Positions 47,820-58,691 of a stretch of DNA of 64,000 nt are shown piece after piece; the first letter of the stretch is position 1, and the number at the start of each line of letters is the position of its first letter. The stretch is from Candidatus Cloacimonadota bacterium. Its GTDB lineage: Bacteria; Cloacimonadota; Cloacimonadia; JGIOTU-2. Location of the stretch: contig JBNGBT010000003.1 in the NCBI GenBank assembly GCA_049903315.1, forward strand, positions 192,001 to 256,000, in the 5' to 3' direction. The notes under the pieces are model-generated. The model saw only the letters and a program-made list of their open reading frames with translations, was not told the DNA's origin and did not search any database. A program made the position numbers and the translations under genes.

Positions 47820-50491
47820 TGAATAAAATTCTTATCATTGATGATGTAAAAGAAAATTTAGAAACAGTCAAAGATCTACTCGAAGAATTGATTCCCGATT
47901 GTTTGGTAATTACATCACAAACCCCGAAAGAAGGAATTGAAATAGCGCGAGAAGTACAACCGGATGTAATTATATCAGATGTCTTCATGCCTGAAATAGA
48001 CGGCATAGAAGTTTGTAAGAGATTAAAGAGCGATAAAACTACTCAACATATTCCAATAATAATTCATACTGGATCGACCACTGACGCAGAAAGCCGCATA
48101 CAATGTCTTGAAGCTGGAGCAGATGTGTTTCTGGCTAAACCTATTGATGCTGGAGAGCTTACTGCCCAGATCAATGCGATGCTGAGAATTAAAAAAGCTG
48201 AAGATCGGCTCAGAGAAGAAAAAGAACTCTTAGATGAAGCGGTTCATAAAAGAACAAGAGAACTTCACGAGAGTGAAGAATCTCTCGCGCTTGTTATCGA
48301 GAATATCCCCTTTGCTGTTTTTATTCATGATCTTGATGGGAAACTTGTTCTTGTAAATAAAACTTCTGCAGAATTTACCGGCTATACTAAAAGCGAATTA
48401 TTAAGCAAAACTGTTGGCGATATAGATCATCAAAGTATTACTCGAGATGATAGGGAGAACATTTGGAAACAGCTGCAATATGGCGGACATATGCAATTTT
48501 TTTCTACACATTTCAGAAAAAACGGGTCACAATATCCCGTTGAAATTCACGCAACAGCTCTGATATTAAAAAACAAATCCGTTATGCTTGGAGTCGTGCA
48601 GGATATTACGGAGCGCAAGCAGGCAGAAGAAAAACTGAAAGAAAGTGAAAAAAGATACAAGGACTTGGCTCTCTGCTCGGCGGATTGGATCTGGGAAGTC
48701 GATAAAAAAGGAAAATACACTTACGCTTCTGAAAATGTAGAGAAAATTCTCGGCCATTCTCCAAAAGAAATTCTAACCAAAACACCGTTCGATTTCATGC
48801 CTAAGGAAGAGGCAAAAAGGATAGGGGAAATTTTCGGAAAAATTGCAGCAGAGAAAAAGCCATTCGTTGATCTGGAAAATCTCAATCTTGCAAAAGATGG
48901 CAGAGAGGTTTATATTCTCACGAACGGAGTCCCGATTCTTGATGAACAAGGAAACCTTAAAGGTTACAGGGGAGTTGACAAAGACATCACCAAACGAAAG
49001 CAGGCGGAGAAAATTCAAAAAACATTATTCAACATCTCAAATGCTCTGAATACTACTGATAATATAAATGAGTTTTACAGCAAGATTAGAGAATTTCTGG
49101 GAGATGTAATCGATACAACAAATTTCTATATTGCTTTATATAATGAAAAAACGGATATGATCTCTCTCCCTTTTGATGTTGATGAAAAAGACGCATTTGA
49201 TACATTTCCTGCGGGTAAGACTATTACAAAATATGTCATCAAAACCGGCAAATCCCTTTTTGCTACTAAGGATGTTGTAAAAAAATTAATAAAAAATGGA
49301 TTAATTGAAACAATCGGTTCTCCTTCTGAGATCTGGCTGGGAGTTCCCCTTAAAATTGATAACAAAGTAATCGGTGTTATTGCAGTTCAAAGCTATGATG
49401 ATCCAAACCTTTATACAGAAAAAGATATTGAAATTCTAAACTTTATTTCCGAAGAAATTGCTCTTGCTATAAATCGTAAACAGGCAGAGGAGGATGTGTC
49501 CAAGGCTGCAAAGGAATGGCAAACCACCTTCGACACCACGAACGATATAATATGGGTTCTCAGCCAAGACCAGCGTATATTGCGCTCAAATAAGACGGCG
49601 GAACAGTTGTTCCAGCGTCCGAATGAAGAGATTATCGGCAAACACTGTTGGGAGATTGTTCATGGAACTTATCAGCCAATCCCCGAATGTCCTCTCATCC
49701 GGGCAAAAGAAAGCCTGAAACGTGAGACCATGGAACTGCAAATCGATAAAAGTTGGTTTGAGGTTACGGTCGACCCCATATTGGACACAAATGGCAAATA
49801 TGCAGGGGCCATTCATGTCGTTAGCGACATCACCGAGCGCAAGCAAGCAGAAGAAGAACTAAAAATAAATCGGGAGCGTCTAAAAATAGCAAACTCGATC
49901 TTACGTCACGATATTGCTAATGATCTTATCGTGATAAAAAGCGCTCTGGATATATACAATGAGGAGCAGGATAAAACTATGCTCGATGAGATTGATAAAC
50001 GAGTAGAAAAAAGTCTCCTTACAATAAAACAGCAACGAGAACAGGAGCGCTTCCTGGAGTCTCATTCTGATTTAAATGAGTATCAAATTGATAATGTGAT
50101 AAAAGAAATTATCAAAGATTATCCTGATATAGCATGCAATGTTACAGGTACCGGCAAAGCATATGCTGATAATGCACTATATTCCGTATTTGAGAATATT
50201 ATAAATAATGCGAAAATGCACGCAAAGAGCACAAAACTCGACGTCGATATAACGTATAATGAAGATTTTTGCGAGATCAGATTTGCCGATGATGGCATTG
50301 GTATACCTGATGAAATTAAACATAAGGTATTCGATAAAGGTTTCCAATTTGGGAAAAATGGACATACTGGCATAGGCCTGTATATTGTAAAAAAGACTAT
50401 TGATGATTATGGCGGAGAAGTGTTCATTCAGAATAATACACCAAAAGGTGCAGTGTTCGTCATTCGGCTGAAAAAAACAATTGGAAGATAA
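47819..50491 (+). CDS. Hybrid cytoplasmic kinase: REC-PAS-PAS-GAF-PAS-HisKA-HATPase
   Basis: IIDD/DVFMP/KP receiver; repeated DITERKQAEE linkers; LRHDIANDL, ENIINNA, DDGIG and GIGLYIV; TAATG overlap with the upstream kinase. Confidence 0.92.
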   Translation: MNKILIIDDVKENLETVKDLLEELIPDCLVITSQTPKEGIEIAREVQPDVIISDVFMPEIDGIEVCKRLKSDKTTQHIPIIIHTGSTTDAESRIQCLEAGADVFLAKPIDAGELTAQINAMLRIKKAEDRLREEKELLDEAVHKRTRELHESEESLALVIENIPFAVFIHDLDGKLVLVNKTSAEFTGYTKSELLSKTVGDIDHQSITRDDRENIWKQLQYGGHMQFFSTHFRKNGSQYPVEIHATALILKNKSVMLGVVQDITERKQAEEKLKESEKRYKDLALCSADWIWEVDKKGKYTYASENVEKILGHSPKEILTKTPFDFMPKEEAKRIGEIFGKIAAEKKPFVDLENLNLAKDGREVYILTNGVPILDEQGNLKGYRGVDKDITKRKQAEKIQKTLFNISNALNTTDNINEFYSKIREFLGDVIDTTNFYIALYNEKTDMISLPFDVDEKDAFDTFPAGKTITKYVIKTGKSLFATKDVVKKLIKNGLIETIGSPSEIWLGVPLKIDNKVIGVIAVQSYDDPNLYTEKDIEILNFISEEIALAINRKQAEEDVSKAAKEWQTTFDTTNDIIWVLSQDQRILRSNKTAEQLFQRPNEEIIGKHCWEIVHGTYQPIPECPLIRAKESLKRETMELQIDKSWFEVTVDPILDTNGKYAGAIHVVSDITERKQAEEELKINRERLKIANSILRHDIANDLIVIKSALDIYNEEQDKTMLDEIDKRVEKSLLTIKQQREQERFLESHSDLNEYQIDNVIKEIIKDYPDIACNVTGTGKAYADNALYSVFENIINNAKMHAKSTKLDVDITYNEDFCEIRFADDGIGIPDEIKHKVFDKGFQFGKNGHTGIGLYIVKKTIDDYGGEVFIQNNTPKGAVFVIRLKKTIGR

Positions 50492-50632
50492 ATTATTTGA
50501 TTTTTGATCTGTTATACTACCAAATTAATGAAATCCACCTCTTCCTTATGTAAATTTACACAATTAAAGTATTCACATATTATTTAATTAAGTTTTGACA
50601 GTTCAAAGGAATCCTGCGAAAAAATGTAACGT

Positions 50633-52795
50633 ATGAAAAAAGTGAATTTTTGGAAAATATTTTTTATTGTTATCTGTGTATGCCTGTTTTTTACAGGACT
50701 GATAGCAGGGCTGATTTATCATTACAGTCTTGAGCTTCCTCCTATCTCACAACTCGAAGAATACGAGCTCATGAACGGCACGAAGGTGTTTGATAAAGAG
50801 GGGAATCTTGTGAAGATATTTGCAAGCGAGCATCGGAGAAGTGTACCCCTCTCAGAAATTTCCGACACACTTATTAATGCATTTATTGCAATGGAAGATG
50901 AAAATTTCTATGATCATATGGGCATTGATTTCGCTTCGATCCTGCGTGCATTTCTTGCGAATTTTTCGACAGGCAGTATTCGACAGGGAGCGAGTACTAT
51001 TACCCAGCAGCTTGCACGGGATATGTTCCTGACGCTTGAGCAATCCATGGACAGGAAGGTCAAAGAAGCGCTTCTCAGTTTTAAGATCGAGCGAACCTTT
51101 TCGAAAGACCAAATTCTGGAAATGTATCTCAATAAGACCTATCTTGGCGGCGGCAACTACGGAGTGGAATCTGCTGCACAAAATTATTTTGGGAAATCAT
51201 CAAAAGATCTTACCCTTGCAGAATGCGCGCTTCTTGCACGTATACCACAAGCACCCACCTATCTCAATCCTCGGCTTCATTATGATGAAGTGGTGCGGAG
51301 AAGTAAATTTGTTCTTGCACAAATGTATGAGCTGGGTTATATAGATGAAACTGCATACTACCAGGCATATTATGATACTGTCGAGATAAAGACCAGAAAA
51401 AAAGCCAAGCAGCCGGCTGATTATTTTTATGAATACGTCCGCAAATATATCGAGCAGAAATACGGCACATCAATGCTTTACAATGGCGGGTTACAGGTAT
51501 ATACTACCCTCGATCTTGACCTGACCAATTATGCTGATTCAGTTCTAAATAACCATCTTGAAGAGTTTGAGAACAAGCTGAATTACGACGTGAAATATGA
51601 CGAATTTCCTGCAGACACTTTTGATATTGATACGAAATATGTACAAGGTGGCGTGTATGCGATAGAACCTAATACAGGATATGTCCGCGCAATGATAGGG
51701 GGAAGAAATTTCAATCATAGCAAGTTCAATCGTGTACTTCAGGCACGAAGGCAGCCCGGATCAGCTTTCAAGCCCTTTATATATACTGCTGCTGTCGCAA
51801 ACGGATACACTGCTGCCACTATGATCAACGACCTTCCGCTTGTATTTCTGGAGAATGATACCACAGAGTGGACACCACCAAATTATTCTGATAAATTCTA
51901 TGGTTTGACAAGATTGCGCATTGCACTCAAGCATTCAAGAAATATTCCTGTAATCCAAATATTTATGGATTTGACTCCTTATGAGGTGATAAAATATGCG
52001 GAACGTCTTGGCATTGACAGCCCATTATATCCATTCCCTGCACTTTCACTTGGCTCTGCGGAGGTATATCCGGCGGAACTAATTTCTGCGTATTGCCCTT
52101 TTGCAAATGGAGGTAAGCGGGTTGATCCCATCTACATTAAAAGAATTGATGATGAAACAGGAAAAATGCTGGAGGAGCACCTTCCTCACTCATCTCAGGT
52201 TATAGGTGAGGATATTTCATATCTTATGACAAATTTGATGCAGTCAGTTGTGGATGGAGGGACAGCCGGCGGAATACGGTGGCGTGGTTTTTACCTTCCT
52301 GCAGCAGGAAAAACCGGCACGACCGATAATTATCAGGATGCATGGTGCATTGCCTATACCACGCAGCTTGTACTCGGTATCTGGGTAGGATTTGATGACA
52401 ATATCACACTTGGAAAAGGACAGGCAGGCGCATATGTCGCAGTGCCACCCTGGCCCTATATTATGAAAAGAGCAGTATTAAACAGCTCCCCGAAGGACTC
52501 CACCGGAGAAGCGATCGTGAACAAAAAGCTTTTCCAGTTTCACGAACCGGATAATATTATTCATGTGACGATTTCCGAAAAAACCGGCCTGCTCGCCCAG
52601 CCATTTGAGAAAGAAGTCACTGACGAAATTTTTATCAGGGGAACCGAACCGACAATACTTTCGGACAGTTTGGGTTATAACTTTGAGCCCATTGGATATC
52701 AGGATCTCAGCTTAGATACTCTCTACATTGATATGAATGAATATTACCGCACAATGCGGTACAGGAAAAGTATTAAATCAAGCCGAACTGAATGA
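50633..52795 (+). CDS. Class A penicillin-binding protein (PBP1A family)
   Basis: EDENFYDH, GASTITQQL, RKVKE, YLN, SAFK (SxxK), SRN and KTGT. Confidence 0.95.
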   Translation: MKKVNFWKIFFIVICVCLFFTGLIAGLIYHYSLELPPISQLEEYELMNGTKVFDKEGNLVKIFASEHRRSVPLSEISDTLINAFIAMEDENFYDHMGIDFASILRAFLANFSTGSIRQGASTITQQLARDMFLTLEQSMDRKVKEALLSFKIERTFSKDQILEMYLNKTYLGGGNYGVESAAQNYFGKSSKDLTLAECALLARIPQAPTYLNPRLHYDEVVRRSKFVLAQMYELGYIDETAYYQAYYDTVEIKTRKKAKQPADYFYEYVRKYIEQKYGTSMLYNGGLQVYTTLDLDLTNYADSVLNNHLEEFENKLNYDVKYDEFPADTFDIDTKYVQGGVYAIEPNTGYVRAMIGGRNFNHSKFNRVLQARRQPGSAFKPFIYTAAVANGYTAATMINDLPLVFLENDTTEWTPPNYSDKFYGLTRLRIALKHSRNIPVIQIFMDLTPYEVIKYAERLGIDSPLYPFPALSLGSAEVYPAELISAYCPFANGGKRVDPIYIKRIDDETGKMLEEHLPHSSQVIGEDISYLMTNLMQSVVDGGTAGGIRWRGFYLPAAGKTGTTDNYQDAWCIAYTTQLVLGIWVGFDDNITLGKGQAGAYVAVPPWPYIMKRAVLNSSPKDSTGEAIVNKKLFQFHEPDNIIHVTISEKTGLLAQPFEKEVTDEIFIRGTEPTILSDSLGYNFEPIGYQDLSLDTLYIDMNEYYRTMRYRKSIKSSRTE

Positions 52796-53907
52796 TCGTT
52801 TTTATAATAATTTTAGGTGTTCTTCTTTTTTATTATCTCGTGTATCTTGGTATATTCAGCAGAGGATTGGGGCGAAAGTACAGTGCAGCGACAAATGCTC
52901 AACCCTTTGTGTCAGTTGTCGTGGCAGCACGAAATGAAGAGAACACGATTTCACAACTGCTCACATCACTCATCAATCAGGATTACCCGGAAAATAAGTA
53001 TGAGATTATCATAGCGGACGATGGTTCTGACGATGCTACTGCCCGTATAGTTCGAGATTTTCAAAAAAAAAGTGAAAATCTTATTTTGCTTTCGGTTGCT
53101 CTTTCTGGAGAGGTAATTTCCCGTAAAAAGAATGCACTTGCTCAGGCAGTGCAAAAAAGCAGGGGTGAAATCATCCTCACTACCGATGCAGATTGTGTGG
53201 TAACGTATCAGTGGATTTCGGGCATGATGCGCTATTTTGGCAGAGGAGTGGGAATGGTTGCAGGTTTGTCCACCCCGTTTATCCCGAATTGGAAACAAGC
53301 AACCGTGTTACAGAAGTACGAATATATTGATACGATCGGACTCTTTTTTGCTGCGGCAGGAGCACTTGGCACAGGGAGAGCATACTCCTGCAGTGGTCAA
53401 AATTTGGGTTATACAAGAGAAGCTTTCGACAAAGTGAACGGTTACGAAAGCATAAAAAAATATATTTCCGGGGATGATGTTCTTTTGATGCAGCTTATCA
53501 AGAATGCAGGTTACGAAATCCGATTCGCTTTTGGTAAAGAAACACAGGTGTTTACAAAATCAGAAACACATTTGGGAAATTTCTTGAACCAGCGAACACG
53601 ATGGGCGTCGAATGAGAGAGTTCAGATATTACTTAATATTGGATTTTATGCCTATCTCGCAGATGTATTTCTCCTAAATATTCTTATAATTACGGGACTT
53701 TTTTTTATTCCTCTTTATGCTGCCTGTGCATGGCTTTTCAAGATGATAGGAGAATATGTTGTTTTGCAAAAAGGTCTTACGCGTTTTGATCTTCCAAAGA
53801 AATCTCTCTCTCTCTTTCCATTGTGGACTATTTTACAACCATTCTATATCACGATAGTGGGAATCGGAGGTAAGCTTCAGCTTTTTTCCTGGAAGAAAAA
53901 ATCGTAG
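52792..53907 (+). CDS. Membrane glycosyltransferase family 2
   Basis: VVVAARNEE, DDGSDD, TDADC, GDD and QRTRW. Confidence 0.9.
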   Translation: MIVFIIILGVLLFYYLVYLGIFSRGLGRKYSAATNAQPFVSVVVAARNEENTISQLLTSLINQDYPENKYEIIIADDGSDDATARIVRDFQKKSENLILLSVALSGEVISRKKNALAQAVQKSRGEIILTTDADCVVTYQWISGMMRYFGRGVGMVAGLSTPFIPNWKQATVLQKYEYIDTIGLFFAAAGALGTGRAYSCSGQNLGYTREAFDKVNGYESIKKYISGDDVLLMQLIKNAGYEIRFAFGKETQVFTKSETHLGNFLNQRTRWASNERVQILLNIGFYAYLADVFLLNILIITGLFFIPLYAACAWLFKMIGEYVVLQKGLTRFDLPKKSLSLFPLWTILQPFYITIVGIGGKLQLFSWKKKS

Positions 53908-53999
53908 GCATGATTGGGAAAAATTGCATATTTATCCTTTGACAAATAAAAACAGTATTAAAATAAGTGTCCTATTGAAAATCATGAAGGAAAGTTAAA

Positions 54000-54692
54000 A
54001 TGGCAAAGAAAATCAAACGGCATAAACACCATGATATAAAAGAAGATAAGTTTGTGACAACTGCACTGCTTTTCTCTGAATTTGTTCAAAATCACTGGAA
54101 GAAGGTTGCTTTTGGTGCAGCAGCACTCATCGTAATCATAATTGTACTCGTCGCATTGACGTCCCGTTCCGGGAAGGTGAACATTATGGCATTAAAGCAG
54201 TTCGACACAGCCCTTGCACTCTATGAAGATAACAAGATGAATGAAGCTGAAACTGCTTTTTCTGCAATTCTCCAAGAGTACGGTTCCTCAAAATATAGAG
54301 GATTATCATATCTCTATCTTGGGAAGATCAATGTCGAGAAGGATGAGCCGGATGTTGAATCAGCTAAGATGTATTTCAATAAAGCGAAATCAAGACTGCA
54401 TGAATCAATATTTAAAGAAACTGCGTGGCTCGGGCTTGCAGAATGTACAAGGCTGTCCGAAGGTGATGATGCATATTATGAATCCCTGAAGCACTTTATC
54501 AAAAAATTCCCCAAATCGTATAAGGTGTCTTCAATCTCGTTTAAAATAGCAGAGTATTATTTTTCTAATGATGAGTATGACCAAGCAAAGGAATATTATT
54601 CCCTGATCGTGAAAAAATTCAAGAATTCATCAGACTTCTACAAATCAAAACAGCAGTTAGAATTTATCGAACAGCTACAGCAGGATACATAA
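54000..54692 (+). CDS. Membrane-anchored TPR protein (YfgM-like)
   Basis: IKEDKFV N-terminus, single TM, then TPR helices. Confidence 0.8.
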   Translation: MAKKIKRHKHHDIKEDKFVTTALLFSEFVQNHWKKVAFGAAALIVIIIVLVALTSRSGKVNIMALKQFDTALALYEDNKMNEAETAFSAILQEYGSSKYRGLSYLYLGKINVEKDEPDVESAKMYFNKAKSRLHESIFKETAWLGLAECTRLSEGDDAYYESLKHFIKKFPKSYKVSSISFKIAEYYFSNDEYDQAKEYYSLIVKKFKNSSDFYKSKQQLEFIEQLQQDT

Positions 54693-54707
54693 ATATCAAA
54701 ATTTTTT

Positions 54708-54732
54708 AAGCCCTCTTTGCAGGGCTTTTTTT
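54708..54732 (+). terminator. Intrinsic terminator after the TPR gene
   Basis: AAGCCCT-ctttgc-AGGGCTT followed by a T run. Confidence 0.7.
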
Positions 54733-54743
54733 GTATTTACACA

Positions 54744-55979
54744 ATGAAAAAGAACATACTCGGCTGGATCAGCTATGATTTTGCCAATTCTTCATTCACC
54801 ACCATTATTGTAACGGTTGTGTACAGCGTTTATTTTAAAACGGTTGTTGTTGGCAAAGAAGGAGTTGGGGATTCGCTTTGGGGAATCTCCATCAGTCTAT
54901 CCATGCTTATTGTTGCGCTTCTTTCACCAATTCTTGGAGCCATAGCAGATTACACGCGCTCCAAAAAGAAATTCCTTTTTGTATTCTGTTACATTTCAGT
55001 GCTTTTTACTGCATTATTATATTTTATCCGTGCTGGTGCTGTGTTGTGGGGTATACTCATATTCATGATCGCCAATATCGGATTTGAAGGCGGGAATGTT
55101 TTTTATAATGCCTTCCTTCCGGAGATAACCACCAAGAAAAATCTTGGCAAAGTGTCCGGTTTAGGATGGGGGATCGGTTACATCGGGGGATTGAGCGCAC
55201 TTATTCTTTCCTATCTGTTCATAGAAACGAATGTTCCCCTTGTTTTTCCTCTGATCGCTGTCTTCTTCGGAGTTTTTGCCATTCCAATCTTTGTTTTCTT
55301 AAAAGAATCAAAGCCCACACAGCATTATAAAAATGTAAATTATATTAAAGTTGGGTATGAGCGTATTAAAAAAACTTTTCATCATATTAAAGATTTGAAA
55401 GAACTTTTCAGGTTTTTAATTTCATTTTTTATTTATAATGACGGCATCAAAACAGTAATAGTTTTCGCTGCAATTTACGGAGCACAACGCTTTAATATGT
55501 CTGGTGCTCAGCTTATTATCTATTTTGTGCTCGCAAATATTACATCTTTTATCGGCGCGATCATTTTTGGTTTTATTGTTGACAAGATCGGAGCCAAAAA
55601 AACAATTTCAATCACATTGCTTATCTGGATAGCTGTGGTCATTTGGGCATTTTTCTGTACCAATGTGACACAGTTTTATGGAGTCGGGCTGTTAGCGGGA
55701 ATAGCGATCGGGTCTTGCCAGTCTGCAAGCAGATCATTTTTGTCACTTCTCACTCCTGATGATAAGCATGCTGAATTCTTTGGTTTTTATGCAGTGAGCG
55801 GCAAAGCTGCGGCCATTATTGGTCCTTTGTTATATGGATTGCTTGTGCTGGTCTTACACAGTCAGCGATGGGCTATTTTAAGTATTGCACTTTTCTTTGT
55901 AGCTGGATTTCTTGTTCTTCAAACAGTTAATGAGAAAAATGGAGTGCAGGTTGCATCACAAATTTTTAGAAAGGAGTAG
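54744..55979 (+). CDS. MFS transporter (UMF1/Atg22-like)
   Basis: W..YDFANS, PILGAIAD, YNAFLPEI, VSGLGWGIGYIGG, YNDG and EFFGFY; start moved to MKKNIL. Confidence 0.9.
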   Translation: MKKNILGWISYDFANSSFTTIIVTVVYSVYFKTVVVGKEGVGDSLWGISISLSMLIVALLSPILGAIADYTRSKKKFLFVFCYISVLFTALLYFIRAGAVLWGILIFMIANIGFEGGNVFYNAFLPEITTKKNLGKVSGLGWGIGYIGGLSALILSYLFIETNVPLVFPLIAVFFGVFAIPIFVFLKESKPTQHYKNVNYIKVGYERIKKTFHHIKDLKELFRFLISFFIYNDGIKTVIVFAAIYGAQRFNMSGAQLIIYFVLANITSFIGAIIFGFIVDKIGAKKTISITLLIWIAVVIWAFFCTNVTQFYGVGLLAGIAIGSCQSASRSFLSLLTPDDKHAEFFGFYAVSGKAAAIIGPLLYGLLVLVLHSQRWAILSIALFFVAGFLVLQTVNEKNGVQVASQIFRKE

Positions 55980-55981
55980 CC

Positions 55982-57820
55982 ATGTGTGGAATAGTTGGCT
56001 ATATCGGAAATAAACAAGCTCTACCTATCATTATTGAGGGTATTAAACGCTTGGAATATCGCGGATATGATTCATCTGGAATTGCAATAATAAATACTGA
56101 TGACGAGCTTGTCATTCATAAGAAAGAAGGCAAGATCGTAGAACTGGAGCAGTCATTTCCAAAAGGAGTGAATTTCGAAACCCATCTGGGAATTGCCCAT
56201 ACTCGTTGGGCAACGCATGGTGAACCGACGACTCTTAATGCTCATCCCCATATAGATTGCACTGGTAAGATCGCAGTCGTGCATAACGGCATTATTGAAA
56301 ATTATAAACTGCTTCGAGATAAACTGGAACGTGAAGGTCATACTTTTATTAGTGATACAGACACAGAGGTCATCGCACATCTCATTGAACAATTCTATCT
56401 TAAATGTAACGATATGCATAATGCAGTCCGCATGATGCTCAAACAAGTTGAGGGAACACTCGGTATCGTCGCAATCAATTTGGATGTTCCTGATAAACTC
56501 TATGCTGCACGCAGAGGAAGTCCACTCATTATCGGTGTAGGGGACGGACAGAATTTTATTGCTTCTGATGCCGCTGCATTGGTCGTACATACTAAAAATG
56601 TCATCTACCTTCAGGATGATGAAACTGCAGAGGTTTCTACGAATGATTTTACTATTAAAACCATTACTGATGACGAAGTTCAGAGAGAAATAAGTAAGAT
56701 CAACTGGGACATCTCCATGATCGATAAGGGCGAATATGATTTCTTCATGTTGAAGGAAATTTTTGAACAGCCAACCACGATCGCAAATGCATTCCGCGGC
56801 AGGATAATGGATTTATATAACACTTCGCGGCTCGGGGGAATTTCCCTTTCTGTAGAAGAACTGAATAGCATTAAGAAAATTTGTATCATTGCATGCGGGA
56901 CCTCATGGCATGCGGGAATGGTCGGGCAGTATCTTATCGAGGACATCGCAAAAATACCAGTTCGTGTCGAGTATGCTTCGGAGTTCCGATACCGCGATCC
57001 ATTATTAAATCCGGAAACTCTTGTTGTCGTGATAAGCCAATCCGGTGAAACTGCCGATACTCTTGCTGCATTGAGAGAAGCCAGAGCGCGCGGCACAAAA
57101 GTCATGGGTATCACTAATGTCGTGGGCAGCAGTATTGCCCGTGAAACTGATTTCGGTTCATACATACATGCCGGTGCGGAGATCGGTGTGGCATCCACGA
57201 AAGCTTTTACATCTCAGATCACAGTACTCTTCCTGCTTGCAGTGTTACTCGGGAGAATGCGCAGCGTAGCACCACGTGAAGGTGCTGAATATATAAAAGA
57301 ATTAAAATCAATTCCGGGTAAAGTAAGCGAAATCCTTAGTATGGATAGTGGAATTCGAGCAATTGCAGAGAAGTACAAAAATGCGACTAACGCTCTTTAT
57401 CTCGGCAGGGGAATTAACTTTCCCGTTGCGCTCGAAGGTGCATTAAAACTGAAAGAAATTTCCTATATCCACGCAGAAGGATATCCTGCTGCAGAGATGA
57501 AGCACGGTCCCATTGCGCTGATCGATGAAAATATGCCGGTTATCGTAGTTGCTCCGGATGATTTCGTCTATGGCAAAATATTGAATAATATAGAAGAAGT
57601 AAAGACCAGAAAAGGTAAGATCATTGTCGTTGCAAACGAACCCAGCAACGGACTGGAAAGTCTTGCCGATGATATCATATTTGTTCCCAGAACGCTCCCT
57701 GCACTCACGCCGCTTCTGACAGTGATCCCGCTCCAGCTTTTTGCATATCATGTGGCAGTGCAAAGAGGACTCGATGTTGACCAACCGAGGAACCTGGCAA
57801 AGAGCGTGACCGTAGAATAA
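55982..57820 (+). CDS. glmS: Glutamine-fructose-6-phosphate transaminase
   Basis: MCGIVG, LEYRGYDS, HTRWATHG, SQSGETADT and PRNLAKSVTVE. Confidence 0.98.
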   Translation: MCGIVGYIGNKQALPIIIEGIKRLEYRGYDSSGIAIINTDDELVIHKKEGKIVELEQSFPKGVNFETHLGIAHTRWATHGEPTTLNAHPHIDCTGKIAVVHNGIIENYKLLRDKLEREGHTFISDTDTEVIAHLIEQFYLKCNDMHNAVRMMLKQVEGTLGIVAINLDVPDKLYAARRGSPLIIGVGDGQNFIASDAAALVVHTKNVIYLQDDETAEVSTNDFTIKTITDDEVQREISKINWDISMIDKGEYDFFMLKEIFEQPTTIANAFRGRIMDLYNTSRLGGISLSVEELNSIKKICIIACGTSWHAGMVGQYLIEDIAKIPVRVEYASEFRYRDPLLNPETLVVVISQSGETADTLAALREARARGTKVMGITNVVGSSIARETDFGSYIHAGAEIGVASTKAFTSQITVLFLLAVLLGRMRSVAPREGAEYIKELKSIPGKVSEILSMDSGIRAIAEKYKNATNALYLGRGINFPVALEGALKLKEISYIHAEGYPAAEMKHGPIALIDENMPVIVVAPDDFVYGKILNNIEEVKTRKGKIIVVANEPSNGLESLADDIIFVPRTLPALTPLLTVIPLQLFAYHVAVQRGLDVDQPRNLAKSVTVE

Positions 57821-57826
57821 CGTGAG

Positions 57827-58576
57827 ATGAGCCAGCGTATCGAGAAGTGCAATGCCATTGTACTGAAGGTTACCGAATACAGTAATACCAGCCAGATAAT
57901 ACAGTTCTTTTCTAAGGAATTTGGTCATATCGGAGTGATTGCAAAGGGGACACGCAATCCGAAAAATAAATACTACGGACTTATCCAGCAGCTTGGAAAT
58001 TATGAGACAGTTATTTATAAAAAAGACACCTCACTTTCCTTACTCAAAGAAATTTCACTCATTGATGACCACAACGGGCTTAATTCGGACTTTACTATGA
58101 TTGCTCTCGCACATGCTGGGGCAGAACTCTACCTCCAGCTTATGTTCGAGGAGGATGATTATGAAAAATTTTATATCCTGCTCGCACAATTTTATGATTT
58201 TCTTCCAAGTATAAAACGCAACCATATCCTTGTTTTCTGGCGGTTCCTTCTCCGTGTTGCCGGCTTTCTAGGATTCTCTTTCAAGTTCAACACATGCCAG
58301 GTGTGTGGTATTCAAAATAGTGAACTCTTTCACGGGATTTCGTTTGTTCATAATGGATTTATTTGCAGTGATTGTGCAAAAAAGCATGCTGCGACCGAAC
58401 ATTTCCAGATAAATGAGTCAACAAGGAAATTGCTGCTGACGCTCAAGAATTTGCATAATTTGGAATCCTTTGAAATTGCCGAACAGGACATCAAGACGAT
58501 CAATACGATCTTCCGCACCTATCTCAGCTATCACCTTCATAAAAAGATACATTTGAGGAGTTTGGAAGTATTTTAG
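57827..58576 (+). CDS. recO: DNA repair protein RecO
   Basis: AIVLK...FSKEFG...AKG N-terminal OB fold; CQVC...CSDC zinc finger. Confidence 0.9.
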   Translation: MSQRIEKCNAIVLKVTEYSNTSQIIQFFSKEFGHIGVIAKGTRNPKNKYYGLIQQLGNYETVIYKKDTSLSLLKEISLIDDHNGLNSDFTMIALAHAGAELYLQLMFEEDDYEKFYILLAQFYDFLPSIKRNHILVFWRFLLRVAGFLGFSFKFNTCQVCGIQNSELFHGISFVHNGFICSDCAKKHAATEHFQINESTRKLLLTLKNLHNLESFEIAEQDIKTINTIFRTYLSYHLHKKIHLRSLEVF

Positions 58577-58613
58577 AAACCTTGCGAATGGTCTAATGAC
58601 CTTCGCAACGATT
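58577..58613. repeat. REP-like palindrome or possible terminator between convergent genes
   Basis: TTGCGAA(T)GGTC-taat-GACCTTCGCAA immediately after the recO stop. Confidence 0.6.
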
Positions 58614-58691
58614 GCACTTCTGAAATCTTAAATCGGTGTTCTTGAATCTTTATTCACAATAATAGTTAAGCAAGTACTTCCGCAAAGATTA

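Noticed and set aside
55900..55982. glmS ribozyme upstream of glmS
   Set aside because: Only a 2-bp gap after the MFS gene, leaving no room and no motif.
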